The notes beneath the pieces were generated by a model, which was not told the DNA's origin, did no database searches, and worked only from the letters and a program-made list of their open reading frames with translations. DNA of 64,000 bases from Syntrophales bacterium (GTDB lineage: Bacteria > Desulfobacterota > Syntrophia > Syntrophales > UBA2210): positions 2,112,001 to 2,176,000 of the forward strand of contig CAXXNF010000002.1 of NCBI GenBank assembly GCA_963666365.2. Reading direction: 5' to 3'. The position numbers and the translations under genes were made by a program. This document shows positions 20,654 to 31,550 of the stretch, piece after piece (position 1 is the first letter of the stretch; every line of letters starts with the position of its first letter).

Positions 20654-21214
20654 TCAATGAATAAGTTTGAAATACACGACTCCCGCCAGAAGGAGTGCCG
20701 CAATCCAGGTCGCCACCACATCGGCGACCCTCTTCACCGGATTTTGAAAAAGTTCTCGAACCCCCCCCTCGACCTTGTCACCTTCTACTCCTTCCACCTT
20801 AACACTCTCCACTCCTTCAACAACATCGCCAACGAGCGCCGTAAAATTGCCAAAGGCGTTTGAAATGATATGGAAGCCCTTCGTAGAAGTCAGCAGCAAA
20901 TACACTTTCTTGCGCACAATCATGGAACCGACGTGAGTAATGTCACCCCACTGCAATTCCTTTTTTCTCAAAAACTTTTTTATCACAACCCCTTCCGGTG
21001 TAATAATCGCTTCTCGAAAAAGTGCTTCAAAAAAGAGCCAGGCTAAAGGGACAAATACAATAACCAGCACAATTGTTTCCTGAGGGGCGCCTCCGATCGC
21101 GAGGGATATTATGATAAGCACGAACAGCAGCGCCATGTCAACGGCAAAGGGGATTAAAAAACTTTTTCTTGTTTTATAGGTGCGTGTCGACAGTTCCCCG
21201 ACTGAATCTTCCAT
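20654..21214 (-). CDS. membrane protein, bacterial PH-domain-like
   Basis: 2 TM + ITPEGVVIKK..LQWGDI + C-terminal TM. Confidence 0.55.
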   Translation of the reverse strand: MEDSVGELSTRTYKTRKSFLIPFAVDMALLFVLIIISLAIGGAPQETIVLVIVFVPLAWLFFEALFREAIITPEGVVIKKFLRKKELQWGDITHVGSMIVRKKVYLLLTSTKGFHIISNAFGNFTALVGDVVEGVESVKVEGVEGDKVEGGVRELFQNPVKRVADVVATWIAALLLAGVVYFKLIH

Positions 21215-21358
21215 TTAATAGGACCCTTAAATTATTGGATGACCTGGCATATACCATTCGGCACATCGCAATGTTACCGTCGGTAAAATTTCTCTTTCCG
21301 TGAAATTTGAAAGGTTACAGCCCCGAGCAAGCGACTCTGTGCGCGAAACGACCGCTTT

Positions 21359-21841
21359 TTATTCTGTTCTTTCAAAGGTTCCGCTTTTACCGCCGCTCTT
21401 TTTCATCAGTCTTACATCGGCAATCACTATTTCCCTGTCGGCAGACTTGCACATATCATACACGGCGAGCGCGGCAACAGTTACCGCCGTCATGGCCTCC
21501 ATCTCGACACCCGTTCTTCCCACCGTCTTTACCGTGGCATCTATCGTGATCTGCCCCTTTGCACTGTCGCTTTCAAAAGTGATTTCAATGCCTGTCAGCT
21601 CCAGCGGATGACACATGGGGATGAGATCGCTTGTTCGCTTCGCCCCCATTATGCCGGCAATCTTTGCCACGCCGAACACGTCGCCCTTCAGCACCGCTCC
21701 CTCTTCAATCACCCTTACGGTATCAGGCTTCATTAAAAGTCGGCCCCGCGCAACGGCCTCCCGCACAGTGGCGCCCTTCCCTGTCACATCGACCATTCGT
21801 GATCCGCCGCCGTATTCATCAATGTGAGTAAACCGCTTCAT
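21359..21841 (-). CDS. moaC: cyclic pyranopterin monophosphate synthase
   Basis: RMVDV, LIPMCHP, TGVEMEA, KSGGKSG. Confidence 0.96.
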   Translation of the reverse strand: MKRFTHIDEYGGGSRMVDVTGKGATVREAVARGRLLMKPDTVRVIEEGAVLKGDVFGVAKIAGIMGAKRTSDLIPMCHPLELTGIEITFESDSAKGQITIDATVKTVGRTGVEMEAMTAVTVAALAVYDMCKSADREIVIADVRLMKKSGGKSGTFERTE

Positions 21842-21948
21842 CCTGTTCGCGTCATCCTGCTATCGGGGTTGTGTACTGATTGAGGGTTAGAAATGTAACA
21901 CAGCGGCTTCCCTTCGTCAAGATGATTGAAGAGAAGAATGGCCTACGC

Positions 21949-22758
21949 TCACTCCAGGGCAATGAGCTTTGAAGTTACTGATGTGCCGTAAAATATTCGG
22001 GCAAGCCGGTCGAACTTGTCACAATCATCGGTAGTAAAAAAAACTCTTTCACCCCGACGGGTGACTTTTTTTTCCATTTCCCCGTGCCGTCGGAAATAGT
22101 CTTTCAGCTTCTGTGCCACGATGGGCCCCTGATCGATAAGGGCAACCCCTGCAGGAAGGTGACGTTCAATCGTCCTCTTCAGAATCGGATAATGGGTACA
22201 GGCAAGAAGAATAGCATCAATGGAACCATTGTGTGCAAACAGTCGTTCCAGATAATCCGCCACGGCCACATCTGCTATGTGTCGGTCCTGCTCGCCTGCC
22301 TCGACAATGGGCACAAGCAGCGGGCATGCCTGCTGCACGATGGCTATGGCGGGATCGAGCTTGCCGATTTCCGCAAGATAGGCCCCGGACGCAACAACCC
22401 CTTCAGTAGCAAGAATCCCTACCGATCGGCAGCCGCCCTCTACAATCGCCTCCGCTGCAGGGCGCACGACACCGAGCACGCGGCGCTCGGGAAAGGCCTC
22501 CGGCAGATATTCCTGCTGAATTCTCCTCAACGCATTCGCCGATGCGGTGTTACACGCAACGATAATAAGCGGACATCCTCTGCGAAACAAAAAATCAACA
22601 GCCTGTCTGGTAAACTCGTACACCCGGTCGGCTGAACGGTTTCCATAAGGCACCCGAGCACTGTCTCCCAGATAAAGATAATCGTACTGCGGCAATAGTG
22701 CAACCACGCACTTCATTACTGTGAGCCCGCCAAAACCGGAGTCGAAAAAACCTATCAC
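21949..22758 (-). CDS. murI: glutamate racemase
   Basis: FDSGFGGLTV, ACNTAS, LACTHYP; GTG start after GGAGGAAGGA. Confidence 0.94.
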   Translation of the reverse strand: MIGFFDSGFGGLTVMKCVVALLPQYDYLYLGDSARVPYGNRSADRVYEFTRQAVDFLFRRGCPLIIVACNTASANALRRIQQEYLPEAFPERRVLGVVRPAAEAIVEGGCRSVGILATEGVVASGAYLAEIGKLDPAIAIVQQACPLLVPIVEAGEQDRHIADVAVADYLERLFAHNGSIDAILLACTHYPILKRTIERHLPAGVALIDQGPIVAQKLKDYFRRHGEMEKKVTRRGERVFFTTDDCDKFDRLARIFYGTSVTSKLIALE

Positions 22759-22913
22759 CGCTCGTGTCCTTCCTCCGTCATATGCACGTGGATAGATGTG
22801 CGGAAAATTAATTCGGCAAGTGTAGCAGCTTGCCTGTCCCATTCTCAACAAAATTCTTGCCATTATGACGCCGATCCCATAGAATCAGCCGCGCACAAGG
22901 GGGGAGTGCGAGA

Positions 22914-24443
22914 ATGATTGTAAAGGTGGCCACAGGCGCCATAGTCGGCATAGATTCCTGTCCAGTTGATGTTGAAGTGGATGTCTCTTCGCAGGGACTT
23001 CCCCAGTTTTCCACAGTAGGTCTGCCCGATGCGACCGTAAAAGAGAGCAAGGATCGGGTCAAGTCGGCGATCAAAAATTCGGGATATTTATTTCCCAAAC
23101 ATCGGGTGACGGTCAACCTGGCGCCGGCGGATCTCAAAAAAGAAGGGGCTTCCTTTGATCTCCCCATAGCCGTGGGAATACTTGCGGCCCAATCGATTGT
23201 CAACGCAAATAATCTTTACAATTATAGTATCATAGGGGAATTATCCCTTGATGGAAGTGTAAAACCGGTAAACGGCGCCCTGTCCGCCGCCCATCAGGCA
23301 AAGCAAGACGGACTCAAGGGCCTGGTGCTGCCACGTCAAAACGCCCGTGAAGCGGCCATGATTGATTCCATCGATGTCATCGCCGTCGACAATCTCTGGG
23401 AAGTGGTAGAGTTTTTAAACGAAACCCGACCCATCGAACCGACCGCCATTGATGCGTCGGAACATTTTTGTCAAAGCCTCACCTACCCCTTCGATTTCAA
23501 CGAGGTGGGAGGACAGGCGCAGGCAAAACGGGCCCTCGAGGTCGCCGCGGCAGGCAATCACAACATCCTGATGATCGGTCCGCCGGGATCGGGAAAGACC
23601 ATGCTGGCGCAACGCCTGGTCACGATTCTTCCATCCCCTTCTTTTGAAGAGGCCATAGAAACCACAAAGATACACTCCGTCGCCGGCATTCGTGATAATG
23701 AACAGGCACTCATGGAAAGGCGCCCCTTTCGCGCACCCCATCATTCCGTTTCAGATGCGGGACTGGTGGGGGGTGGACATGTTCCCCGGCCGGGGGAGAT
23801 AAGTCTCGCCCACAACGGGGTGCTTTTTCTCGATGAACTTCCCGAATTCAAAAGAAACGTGCTGGAACTGTTGCGGCAGCCCCTTGAAGAGGGCGCAGTA
23901 ACGATTACCCGCGCCTCCGCCACGGCGCGTTACCCGGCGCGCTTCATGCTTGTGGCGGCGATGAACCCCTGTCCCTGCGGATATTTCACCGACCCTCATC
24001 ATACATGCCGCTGCACTCCCCAGCAAATCCGTCAATATCGGGCGAAAATATCGGGACCCCTCCTCGATCGGATTGATATCCACATCGAGGTGCCGTCAAT
24101 TCGATACCGGGATTTGGCAACCACAGGCGACAATGAATCTTCGGATTTGATAAAAGGCCGGGTGGAACGGGCCCGGTCGATTCAAAATACCCGCCTGGAA
24201 AACGGCAGCGGGTGCAATGCCCACATGACCAATCGGCAGATACGGACACATTGCGTCCTGGACGGACAATCGAAGCAACTGATAGAAATGGCCATAGATC
24301 GTCTGGGTCTCTCCGCCCGGGCTTACACCAAAATAGCAAAGGTGGCCCGCACTATTGCCGATCTTGAAGGTGAAAAAGCAATCGCGCCTCACCATGTTTC
24401 AGAGGCAATACAGTACAGAAATCTTGATAGAATTGTCATTTAG
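22914..24443 (+). CDS. comM: YifB/ComM Mg-chelatase-like AAA ATPase
   Basis: VNLAPAD, GPPGSGKT, FRAPHH, AMNPCPCG. Confidence 0.92.
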   Translation: MIVKVATGAIVGIDSCPVDVEVDVSSQGLPQFSTVGLPDATVKESKDRVKSAIKNSGYLFPKHRVTVNLAPADLKKEGASFDLPIAVGILAAQSIVNANNLYNYSIIGELSLDGSVKPVNGALSAAHQAKQDGLKGLVLPRQNAREAAMIDSIDVIAVDNLWEVVEFLNETRPIEPTAIDASEHFCQSLTYPFDFNEVGGQAQAKRALEVAAAGNHNILMIGPPGSGKTMLAQRLVTILPSPSFEEAIETTKIHSVAGIRDNEQALMERRPFRAPHHSVSDAGLVGGGHVPRPGEISLAHNGVLFLDELPEFKRNVLELLRQPLEEGAVTITRASATARYPARFMLVAAMNPCPCGYFTDPHHTCRCTPQQIRQYRAKISGPLLDRIDIHIEVPSIRYRDLATTGDNESSDLIKGRVERARSIQNTRLENGSGCNAHMTNRQIRTHCVLDGQSKQLIEMAIDRLGLSARAYTKIAKVARTIADLEGEKAIAPHHVSEAIQYRNLDRIVI

Positions 24444-24513
24444 TGCTACACAAATCAAGTTTATTCATACCTTCGATCAGCTAAAATTTCTACCTGAAGA
24501 GAGGAACATAGTC

Positions 24514-25590
24514 ATGAAAATAAAAATAACTCAAATCGCCCCGGATTGGATGAAAACAAAGCCTGCAGATGAGTCGACCCTCGGGTTCGGCAAAAGACAG
24601 ACCGATCACATGTTCATCATGCATTATACGGAAGGAACGGGGTGGCATGATGCCGAAATCATTCCTTACGGCCCGCTTACGCTGGATCCGGCAACCATGT
24701 GCCTTCACTACGGACAGGAAATTTTCGAAGGCATGAAGGCCTATCGGGGTAAAGACAATTCCATCTATCTTTTCAGACCGATGGAAAACATCAAAAGGAT
24801 GAACGTGTCGGCCGAACGTCTCTGTATGCCCTCCATCAATCCGGAGCTGTTCATGGATGCGGTGAAAAAACTGGTGCTTCTCGAAAAAGACTGGATACCC
24901 CGCGGTCAGGGAACAGCGCTCTACATCCGACCGACGATGATCGCCTCGGAAGTCGCCCTGGGGGTGCATCCCGCTAACGCCTTCATCTTTTTTATCATTG
25001 TCGGGCCCGTGGGCGCCTATTATCCAGAAGGATTCAGCCCCACGAAAATATACGTGAGCGACAAGTACGTCCGCGCCTGTCCCGGCGGTGTGGGAAACTG
25101 CAAGGCGGGAGGAAACTATGCGGCAAGCCTCTACGCCAGCAGAGAGGCCAGCAGCATGGGATATACCCAGGTGCTCTGGCTCGATGCCATAGAGCGCCGC
25201 TATATCGAAGAGGTGGGGACAAGCAACATCTTTGTCGTCATCGACGGCGTGCTCATTACCCCGCCATTGGGAGGAAGCATCCTTCCGGGCATTACACGCG
25301 ACTCTGTGATTCAACTTGCCCGTTCATGGGGTCAGCCCGTTGAGGAACGGCAGGTCTCAATGGACGAAATGCTGGAAGCCCAGGGAAAAGGGACGTTGAC
25401 TGAAGTATTCGCCTCGGGAACAGCAGCCATTGTGTCCCCGGTAGGAATGGTTCACTTCAGGGGAAAGGAGTATCCCATCAATGAAGGCCGCATCGGATCG
25501 CTGACGGAGCGTCTTTACAACGAAATACTCCAAATTCAGTATGGTGAGAAGGAAGATCCCTTCGGATGGCGGGTAAAGATATCCTCATAG
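24514..25590 (+). CDS. ilvE: branched-chain amino acid aminotransferase
   Basis: LHYGQEIFEGMKA, KAGGNYA, ILPGITRDS, GTAA. Confidence 0.94.
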   Translation: MKIKITQIAPDWMKTKPADESTLGFGKRQTDHMFIMHYTEGTGWHDAEIIPYGPLTLDPATMCLHYGQEIFEGMKAYRGKDNSIYLFRPMENIKRMNVSAERLCMPSINPELFMDAVKKLVLLEKDWIPRGQGTALYIRPTMIASEVALGVHPANAFIFFIIVGPVGAYYPEGFSPTKIYVSDKYVRACPGGVGNCKAGGNYAASLYASREASSMGYTQVLWLDAIERRYIEEVGTSNIFVVIDGVLITPPLGGSILPGITRDSVIQLARSWGQPVEERQVSMDEMLEAQGKGTLTEVFASGTAAIVSPVGMVHFRGKEYPINEGRIGSLTERLYNEILQIQYGEKEDPFGWRVKISS

Positions 25591-25599
25591 GACATCCTC

Positions 25600-25629
25600 A
25601 TCCACAACCCTGTTGACAGGGTTGTGGAT
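25600..25629. repeat. 14-bp inverted repeat downstream of ilvE
   Basis: ATCCACAACCCTGT-TG-ACAGGGTTGTGGAT. Confidence 0.7.
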
Positions 25630-25760
25630 TACCCTGTGGGCATCTCATGTAAGTTCGCTCGGGAAGATGGATTATTGCTGATTGCATATACTTTAAGCAT
25701 ACAGCAATAATCAATATTATCAGTTACATATGGCTTAATTCACTAATTTTGGCGGTTATT

Positions 25761-26441
25761 ATGCCCTCATGCCCGGTAAAATATCTACTTATCCTCTTCC
25801 TCGCGGCCTCCCTGGTGCTGCTCTGCGGAAACAGGGCGTTCTCCAAAGATGAATCCCTGGACGACCTGATCGCAAAGGTACAGAATCTCTACGACAGCAT
25901 ACAGGATTTTCGGGTTTCATTTATACATAACGTGCCGGTAAAAATAACGGGAACAACACTGACGGAGCGAGGGATATTCTATTACAAGAAGCCGAAACGG
26001 ATGCGCTGGGACTATTCGGAACCTCCGGGCAAACTGCTGATCGTCAATCCGGATTTCATGTGGTTTTATGTGCCGGAAGACAATCGGGTCTATATCCAGA
26101 AAACCGACACCGCCCTTAAATCACAGCTTGCGGTAAAATTCCTGACAGGCCTGGGAACCCTGAAAGATGATTTCACTATGTCCTTTGCCGATCCTTCCCC
26201 GACTGACGACAAGGGGAATTATTTCATCACCCTCAGGCCGAAAGAACAGACCGGCGGCATTCAGGATCTTACACTCACGATCGACAGAGACAACTACTAC
26301 ATAACAGGCTACAGGCTTACCGACATGTACGGCAGCAAAAACAGCTATTTCTTTCAGGACATCACCATAAACAACAACCCGACAGAGGACCTTTTTCACT
26401 ACGACCCGCCACCGGGGGTAAAAGTGGAAACCCTTCCCTGA
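25761..26441 (+). CDS. lolA: outer-membrane lipoprotein carrier LolA-like
   Basis: Signal peptide, KKPKRMRWDY, FHYDPPPGV; exact start uncertain. Confidence 0.8.
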   Translation: MPSCPVKYLLILFLAASLVLLCGNRAFSKDESLDDLIAKVQNLYDSIQDFRVSFIHNVPVKITGTTLTERGIFYYKKPKRMRWDYSEPPGKLLIVNPDFMWFYVPEDNRVYIQKTDTALKSQLAVKFLTGLGTLKDDFTMSFADPSPTDDKGNYFITLRPKEQTGGIQDLTLTIDRDNYYITGYRLTDMYGSKNSYFFQDITINNNPTEDLFHYDPPPGVKVETLP

Positions 26442-26611
26442 CCGGGACATGAACGCCTGTGGGGACGGACAGCCCCTCACTCCATGGCGTACTGCTCGCT
26501 CCTGCTGAAAAGTATGGTTTATCGCACTGCGGATTCGGATTGCAAATACTGGACTGTAATAAAGAAACTGCAGAAACTGAACAATTATATGGCGAAGAAA
26601 GGACTGCGGCT

Positions 26612-27370
26612 ATGTTCGATTTAAAGGGAAAAGTGGCAATTATTACGGGAGGAAACGGGGGAATCGGCCTTGGGATGGCCCGCGGGCTTGCCCGGGCCGG
26701 CGCCTGTGTCGTCATCGCTGCGCGAAACGAGGCAAAATCGGCTGCGGCGTTGAAAGAGTTGCAGCTTCTCGGTTCAGATGCGCGTGCGCTGCCCGTCGAT
26801 GTGAGCGATGAGGAGTCCGTCGGCGCCCTGATGGTGGAAACGGAGCAACAGTGCGGCCGAATCGACATCTTGGTGAATAATGCCGGCATGAGCATCCGGA
26901 ATCCCGTTCAGGACCTCCGCCTGGAGGACTGGCAAAAAGTTCTCGATACGAATCTGACAGGCGCCTTCCTCTGTTCCCGCGCCGTATATCCCTACATGAA
27001 GAAGACGGGGCGAGGCAAGGTCATCAATATCGGCTCGATGCTTTCAATTTTCGGCGCCTCTTTTTCACCGGCATATTCGGTCAGCAAAGGCGGCATTGTT
27101 CAGCTTACGAAATCGGCGGCCATAGCCTGGGCGCCCGACAATATTCAGGTCAACGTGGTCCTTCCCGGTTGGATAGATACGGAACTGACCCGTCAGGCCC
27201 GCACGCACGTGCCCACGCTTCATGATGCGGTCGTGACGCGCACACCCGCCGCACGATGGGGAACCATCGATGATCTTGCGGGCGTCGCGGTTTTCCTTTC
27301 AAGTCCGGCATCAGACTTCATCACCGGCGCGGCGATTCCCGTCGATGGCGGCTATTCAGCCTTCGGTTAG
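26612..27370 (+). CDS. short-chain dehydrogenase/reductase (KduD/gluconate DH-like)
   Basis: TGGNGGIG, NNAG, YSVSK, VDGG. Confidence 0.9.
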   Translation: MFDLKGKVAIITGGNGGIGLGMARGLARAGACVVIAARNEAKSAAALKELQLLGSDARALPVDVSDEESVGALMVETEQQCGRIDILVNNAGMSIRNPVQDLRLEDWQKVLDTNLTGAFLCSRAVYPYMKKTGRGKVINIGSMLSIFGASFSPAYSVSKGGIVQLTKSAAIAWAPDNIQVNVVLPGWIDTELTRQARTHVPTLHDAVVTRTPAARWGTIDDLAGVAVFLSSPASDFITGAAIPVDGGYSAFG

Positions 27371-27404
27371 CAGCCCCTGCGATGTGTGGTGGACAGGCTG
27401 CTGC

Positions 27405-28370
27405 TCACTTCCACTGAAACGGACAATCCCTCTCAAAATCGGGAAGCAGCTGTTCTTCGTCGACATTCTGCACAAAGAGGTATTCGAAGCCCAGATTCAT
27501 GGCCTCGTTTACTACCTGTTCATATTCTTCCTTCGTAATTCTTCGCCCCAGGAGGGCATGGTCCATCATCGGCGTCGCCGGCGTGTACTGCGACATGATG
27601 CTGAGGGGGATCGATGTGGAAAGATTTTCCCCTATTGTCCTTAACACCTGAAGGCTGTTCTCAACCATTCCCGGAAGAACAAGATGGCGGATTAACATTC
27701 CCGCCTGAGCAATCCCTGCTTCCACCTCAAGTGTGGCGCCCACCTGCGAAGCCATCTCTCCTATTGCATCGAGCGCACGGGCGCCGTAATCCCGCACCCC
27801 GGACAGAGGATAGGAGTACTCTTCCCTGGCATATTTGAAATCGGGAAGATAGACATCGACAATTCCTTCAAGATGCCTTACGGCTTTAACGCTTTCGTAT
27901 CCGCCGCAATTGTATACGAGAGGAATCGCAAGCCCTTTATCGACGGCATCGATTATTGCACCGATCAGACCGGCAAGATGAGGCGTTCCCGATACAACCT
28001 CAATATTATGGCAGCCCTGTTCCTGCAGATTGAGCATCATTCGGGCACAGTCGCTCTCGCGCGCCGGCCTGCCGAGCCGAGAGTGACTGATCTGATAATT
28101 CTGACAGTAGATGCATTTGAGATTGCAGGAAGAAAAAAAAATGGCCCCGGCTCCTCGGACCCCCGAAAGAGGCGGTTCCTCTCCAAAATGGGGTAGAGCC
28201 TGTTGAATGACCATTACATCGTTGAGATTACAGAACCCCTTTTCGCCGTTTAATCGGTTGACGCCACACTCCCTCGGGCAGAGAGAACAGGCCGTCATCA
28301 TTTCCAGAAGGTTTTTTTGTCGTTCTTGCAGAAGACCTTTTTCGTGAAGTGTGCGATACCCGGGTTTCAT
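27405..28370 (-). CDS. radical SAM protein (PflX-like)
   Basis: CSLCPRECGVNR, HFGEEPP, CNLKCIYCQN, RHLVLPG. Confidence 0.85.
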   Translation of the reverse strand: MKPGYRTLHEKGLLQERQKNLLEMMTACSLCPRECGVNRLNGEKGFCNLNDVMVIQQALPHFGEEPPLSGVRGAGAIFFSSCNLKCIYCQNYQISHSRLGRPARESDCARMMLNLQEQGCHNIEVVSGTPHLAGLIGAIIDAVDKGLAIPLVYNCGGYESVKAVRHLEGIVDVYLPDFKYAREEYSYPLSGVRDYGARALDAIGEMASQVGATLEVEAGIAQAGMLIRHLVLPGMVENSLQVLRTIGENLSTSIPLSIMSQYTPATPMMDHALLGRRITKEEYEQVVNEAMNLGFEYLFVQNVDEEQLLPDFERDCPFQWK

Positions 28371-28371
28371 T

Positions 28372-29442
28372 TTACAGCTTGATCACTGCATCCCTCAGCT
28401 TGTCCCCCTGAAGAAGCTCCAGGAATTCCTCGCCCAGATGTTCTGATGCGCGCACGACCTCCCACCACCGCTTCATCCGCTCGGGTGGGTGAGCGGCATA
28501 TTCATAAAAATCTTCACGGGTGGGAATTCTCCCCCCGGGCAGTCGTTTCACAAATTCTTCCGTGGGATGTATCATGAGGAGATTCTTTGTCATCACCGGT
28601 GAAGGCCCCCGATAGCCGAGTCGGCGATCGAGCCAGCTCGGGATAAGACGCGCCTCGTGGTGAAACATCAGCGCGATTTCGCCTTTTCCCGCGCCCCCGT
28701 AGTGCTGATTGAGGTGATAATCTACAAGTCCGCCGTCACGATACACTCCCCTGGGGGCGCCGAAAATGTTCTTTACTCCGGCCACGGCCAGAGGCACTGC
28801 CGACGATGCCAGAAGGGCCGACTTAAAATTGGCCTCGTTCAGCGGCAGTGCAATGCCGACAAAATCACCATTGAGACACATCGGCGGCGGCATGATTCCG
28901 CTGTGAAAGACGACCCGCTGAAACATGGCAGAAAGCCACGAAGGTTTGCAGGCGTTCAGAGCGAAAGCCGTCGCCAATCCGGATGCCTGAATCAGCTTCA
29001 TCTCCGATGCGGCAAGGTATTTTGCCCGGGCCGCAATAATAGAAAGGCGATATTTTTTATTCGCCAGGGCAAAGGGAACCGCGCTGTCTTCCACATAACT
29101 GTCAATGACCCACTGAAGGGTGCCGAGGATATTTTGAGGAGTATCCTTCTGCGTCAGCACCATAGAAATATAGGAATCGAGGAGCTGATAATACCTCTTC
29201 TCCGGTTCCGGCTGAATCCATGCGGCAAACCGGAGGGCGCCCGCCGACGAGCCGATAAGCTGAACCGGCCGGCGATTGCCCAGAACTCCCGAAGAGAGAA
29301 GCGTAAGATCAAAACCGCTTGCCACCAGCCAGCGCGGCCCTACCGCCGGCCCCACATAGGTGGTAATTCGATCGGGATGCAGCGTTCCGTTCATGATCAG
29401 TTCATAGGCATTTTCGCCCGCACGAACGGCTATATCAGACAT
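28372..29442 (-). CDS. patatin-like phospholipase-fold protein
   Basis: GSSAG nucleophile motif, DGG motif. Confidence 0.7.
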   Translation of the reverse strand: MSDIAVRAGENAYELIMNGTLHPDRITTYVGPAVGPRWLVASGFDLTLLSSGVLGNRRPVQLIGSSAGALRFAAWIQPEPEKRYYQLLDSYISMVLTQKDTPQNILGTLQWVIDSYVEDSAVPFALANKKYRLSIIAARAKYLAASEMKLIQASGLATAFALNACKPSWLSAMFQRVVFHSGIMPPPMCLNGDFVGIALPLNEANFKSALLASSAVPLAVAGVKNIFGAPRGVYRDGGLVDYHLNQHYGGAGKGEIALMFHHEARLIPSWLDRRLGYRGPSPVMTKNLLMIHPTEEFVKRLPGGRIPTREDFYEYAAHPPERMKRWWEVVRASEHLGEEFLELLQGDKLRDAVIKL

Positions 29443-29649
29443 TGTTGTCGTACCAGAGTACTTTCTTCAGATTTATGCTATTGATGTGCCGAAAAAACCC
29501 CTTGTTGGTTTTTTCCCTTCTTGCCGCCCCATCAACCTTGACAGACAATTTCATATACTATAAATTACTTTCCTTCAATGGAAAAGACCATTCTTTACCG
29601 GAAGACTTTTCGAGAGTTTTTTGACTTCACTATACGCTGAGGGGAAATC

Positions 29650-30909
29650 ATGTCAGAACTATCACAACAGGTTATCGCAATAGCAAAGGGCGCGAAGGAA
29701 GCGGCCTCGGTCCTCGCACACATTCCCACGTCAACGAAAAACCGGGCGCTTTCCGAAATGGCCGAACGGCTCATGGAACACAGCGGCGCACTCATCGCCG
29801 AAAATGCAAAAGACTTACAGGCAGCGAAGAAAAAGGGGATTTCGGGCGCTATGCTGGATCGTCTGACCCTCACCGAAAGGACGATCCAGGAAATTGCACA
29901 GGGATTGAACGAGGTAGCGGCCCTTCCCGATCCCGTGGGAAATGTGACCTCCATGTGGAAACGGCCGAACGGCCTTATGGTAGGACGCATGCGCATTCCC
30001 CTGGGCGTGATCGGCATTATTTATGAATCACGGCCCAACGTGACGGCCGATGCGGCAGCGCTGTGCCTCAAATCCGGAAACAGCGTCATATTGCGGGGGG
30101 GCTCGGAGGCAATCAATTCGAACCTTGCCATTACCCGCATTCTGCAGGACGCACTGCGTGCGACGGGCATCCCCGACACCGCCATTCAGGCGGTTCCCAT
30201 CACGGACCGTGCCGCAATCAACGAGCTTCTCTCCCTTGAGGAATATATAGATCTCATCATTCCCCGGGGCGGCGAAGACCTCATCAGGACGGTGGTAAGC
30301 CTCTCCAAGATCCCCGTTATCAAACATTATAAGGGGGTATGCCACGTGTTCGTCGATGCCGACGCCGACATCGACATGGCACTCGACATCGCCCTGAACG
30401 CAAAGGCACAGCGTCCGGGCGTCTGCAACGCCATGGAAACGCTTCTTGTTCACAAGGATATTGCCGCATCGTTCCTCCCTGTGCTGGCGGCAAAGTTCGA
30501 AGAGATCAACGTTACCCTCAAAGGCTGCGAAAAAACCCGGGCAATCCTGGGTAATATTGAGGCGGCGTCGGAAGACGACTGGTATGAGGAGTATCTTGAT
30601 CTGATCCTTGCCGTACGGGTGGTCGACGACATGGATCAGGCCATGGCCCATATCGAAAAATACGGCTCTCTCCATACGGAATCCATTGTAACCCGCGACT
30701 ATAAAAACGCACACCGATTCATCAACGAGGTGAATTCCTCAACCGTAATCGCCAATGCCTCCACACGATTCAGCGACGGCTTCCAGCTCGGTCTGGGGGC
30801 GGAGATAGGCATCAGTACGACGAAACTTCACGCCTTCGGACCGATGGGGCTGGAGGAACTGACCACGACAAAGTTCATCATTTACGGTGACGGACAGTTG
30901 CGGACATGA
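29650..30909 (+). CDS. proA: gamma-glutamyl phosphate reductase
   Basis: [31 protein letters not shown]. Confidence 0.96.
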   Translation: MSELSQQVIAIAKGAKEAASVLAHIPTSTKNRALSEMAERLMEHSGALIAENAKDLQAAKKKGISGAMLDRLTLTERTIQEIAQGLNEVAALPDPVGNVTSMWKRPNGLMVGRMRIPLGVIGIIYESRPNVTADAAALCLKSGNSVILRGGSEAINSNLAITRILQDALRATGIPDTAIQAVPITDRAAINELLSLEEYIDLIIPRGGEDLIRTVVSLSKIPVIKHYKGVCHVFVDADADIDMALDIALNAKAQRPGVCNAMETLLVHKDIAASFLPVLAAKFEEINVTLKGCEKTRAILGNIEAASEDDWYEEYLDLILAVRVVDDMDQAMAHIEKYGSLHTESIVTRDYKNAHRFINEVNSSTVIANASTRFSDGFQLGLGAEIGISTTKLHAFGPMGLEELTTTKFIIYGDGQLRT

Positions 30910-31550
30910 AGCTGGGACTCTTTGGAGGAACCTTCGACCCGATCCATTTCGGACACCTGAGATGCGCCGAAGAGATCCTCGAACTGTTTGATCTGACACA
31001 GGTCGTCTTTATACCGGCGGCACAACAGCCCCTCAAGGCGGGTCGGAAGATTGTTCCCTTTCACCACCGTGAGAGCATGATCAAACTCGCGATCGCCGAC
31101 CACCAGGGATTTTCATGTTCAAACCTCGAAAATCAGCGCAGCGGCTACTCCTATTCCGTGGACACGGTCGCCCACTTCCTTGACCATGATTGCGACAGTG
31201 GGAATCTTTATTTTATCGTGGGAGAAGACGCCTTTCAGGAAATTACCCTGTGGAAGGACTGGCACACCCTGCTTTCCATCTGCAACTTCGTCGTCATGAC
31301 CCGTCCCGGCTATACGATCACAGGCCTGGAAGAAATTCTGCCGCCTGATGTGGCGTTGCACTACCACTATGATCGGAAGCATGGGGGGTTCCATGGACCG
31401 GGAATGCCTTTTATTTATTTCAGACGCCTGACCCTTCTCGATATATCGTCGACGGACATCCGCACCCGCCTGAAAGAAGGACGCTCAGTTCGCTATCTCA
31501 TGCCCGACACCGTACACCGGTACATTGCCATGCACAGGCTCTATCGCTGA
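30906..31550 (+). CDS. nadD: nicotinate-nucleotide adenylyltransferase
   Basis: [18 protein letters not shown]. Confidence 0.95.
   Translation: MKLGLFGGTFDPIHFGHLRCAEEILELFDLTQVVFIPAAQQPLKAGRKIVPFHHRESMIKLAIADHQGFSCSNLENQRSGYSYSVDTVAHFLDHDCDSGNLYFIVGEDAFQEITLWKDWHTLLSICNFVVMTRPGYTITGLEEILPPDVALHYHYDRKHGGFHGPGMPFIYFRRLTLLDISSTDIRTRLKEGRSVRYLMPDTVHRYIAMHRLYR

Noticed and set aside
20760..20830. VEGVE..K repeat in the PH-like membrane protein
   Set aside because: Short degenerate in-frame duplication with no sign of function.
22914..24443. comM as an integration target
   Set aside because: The gene is intact, with no inserted element.
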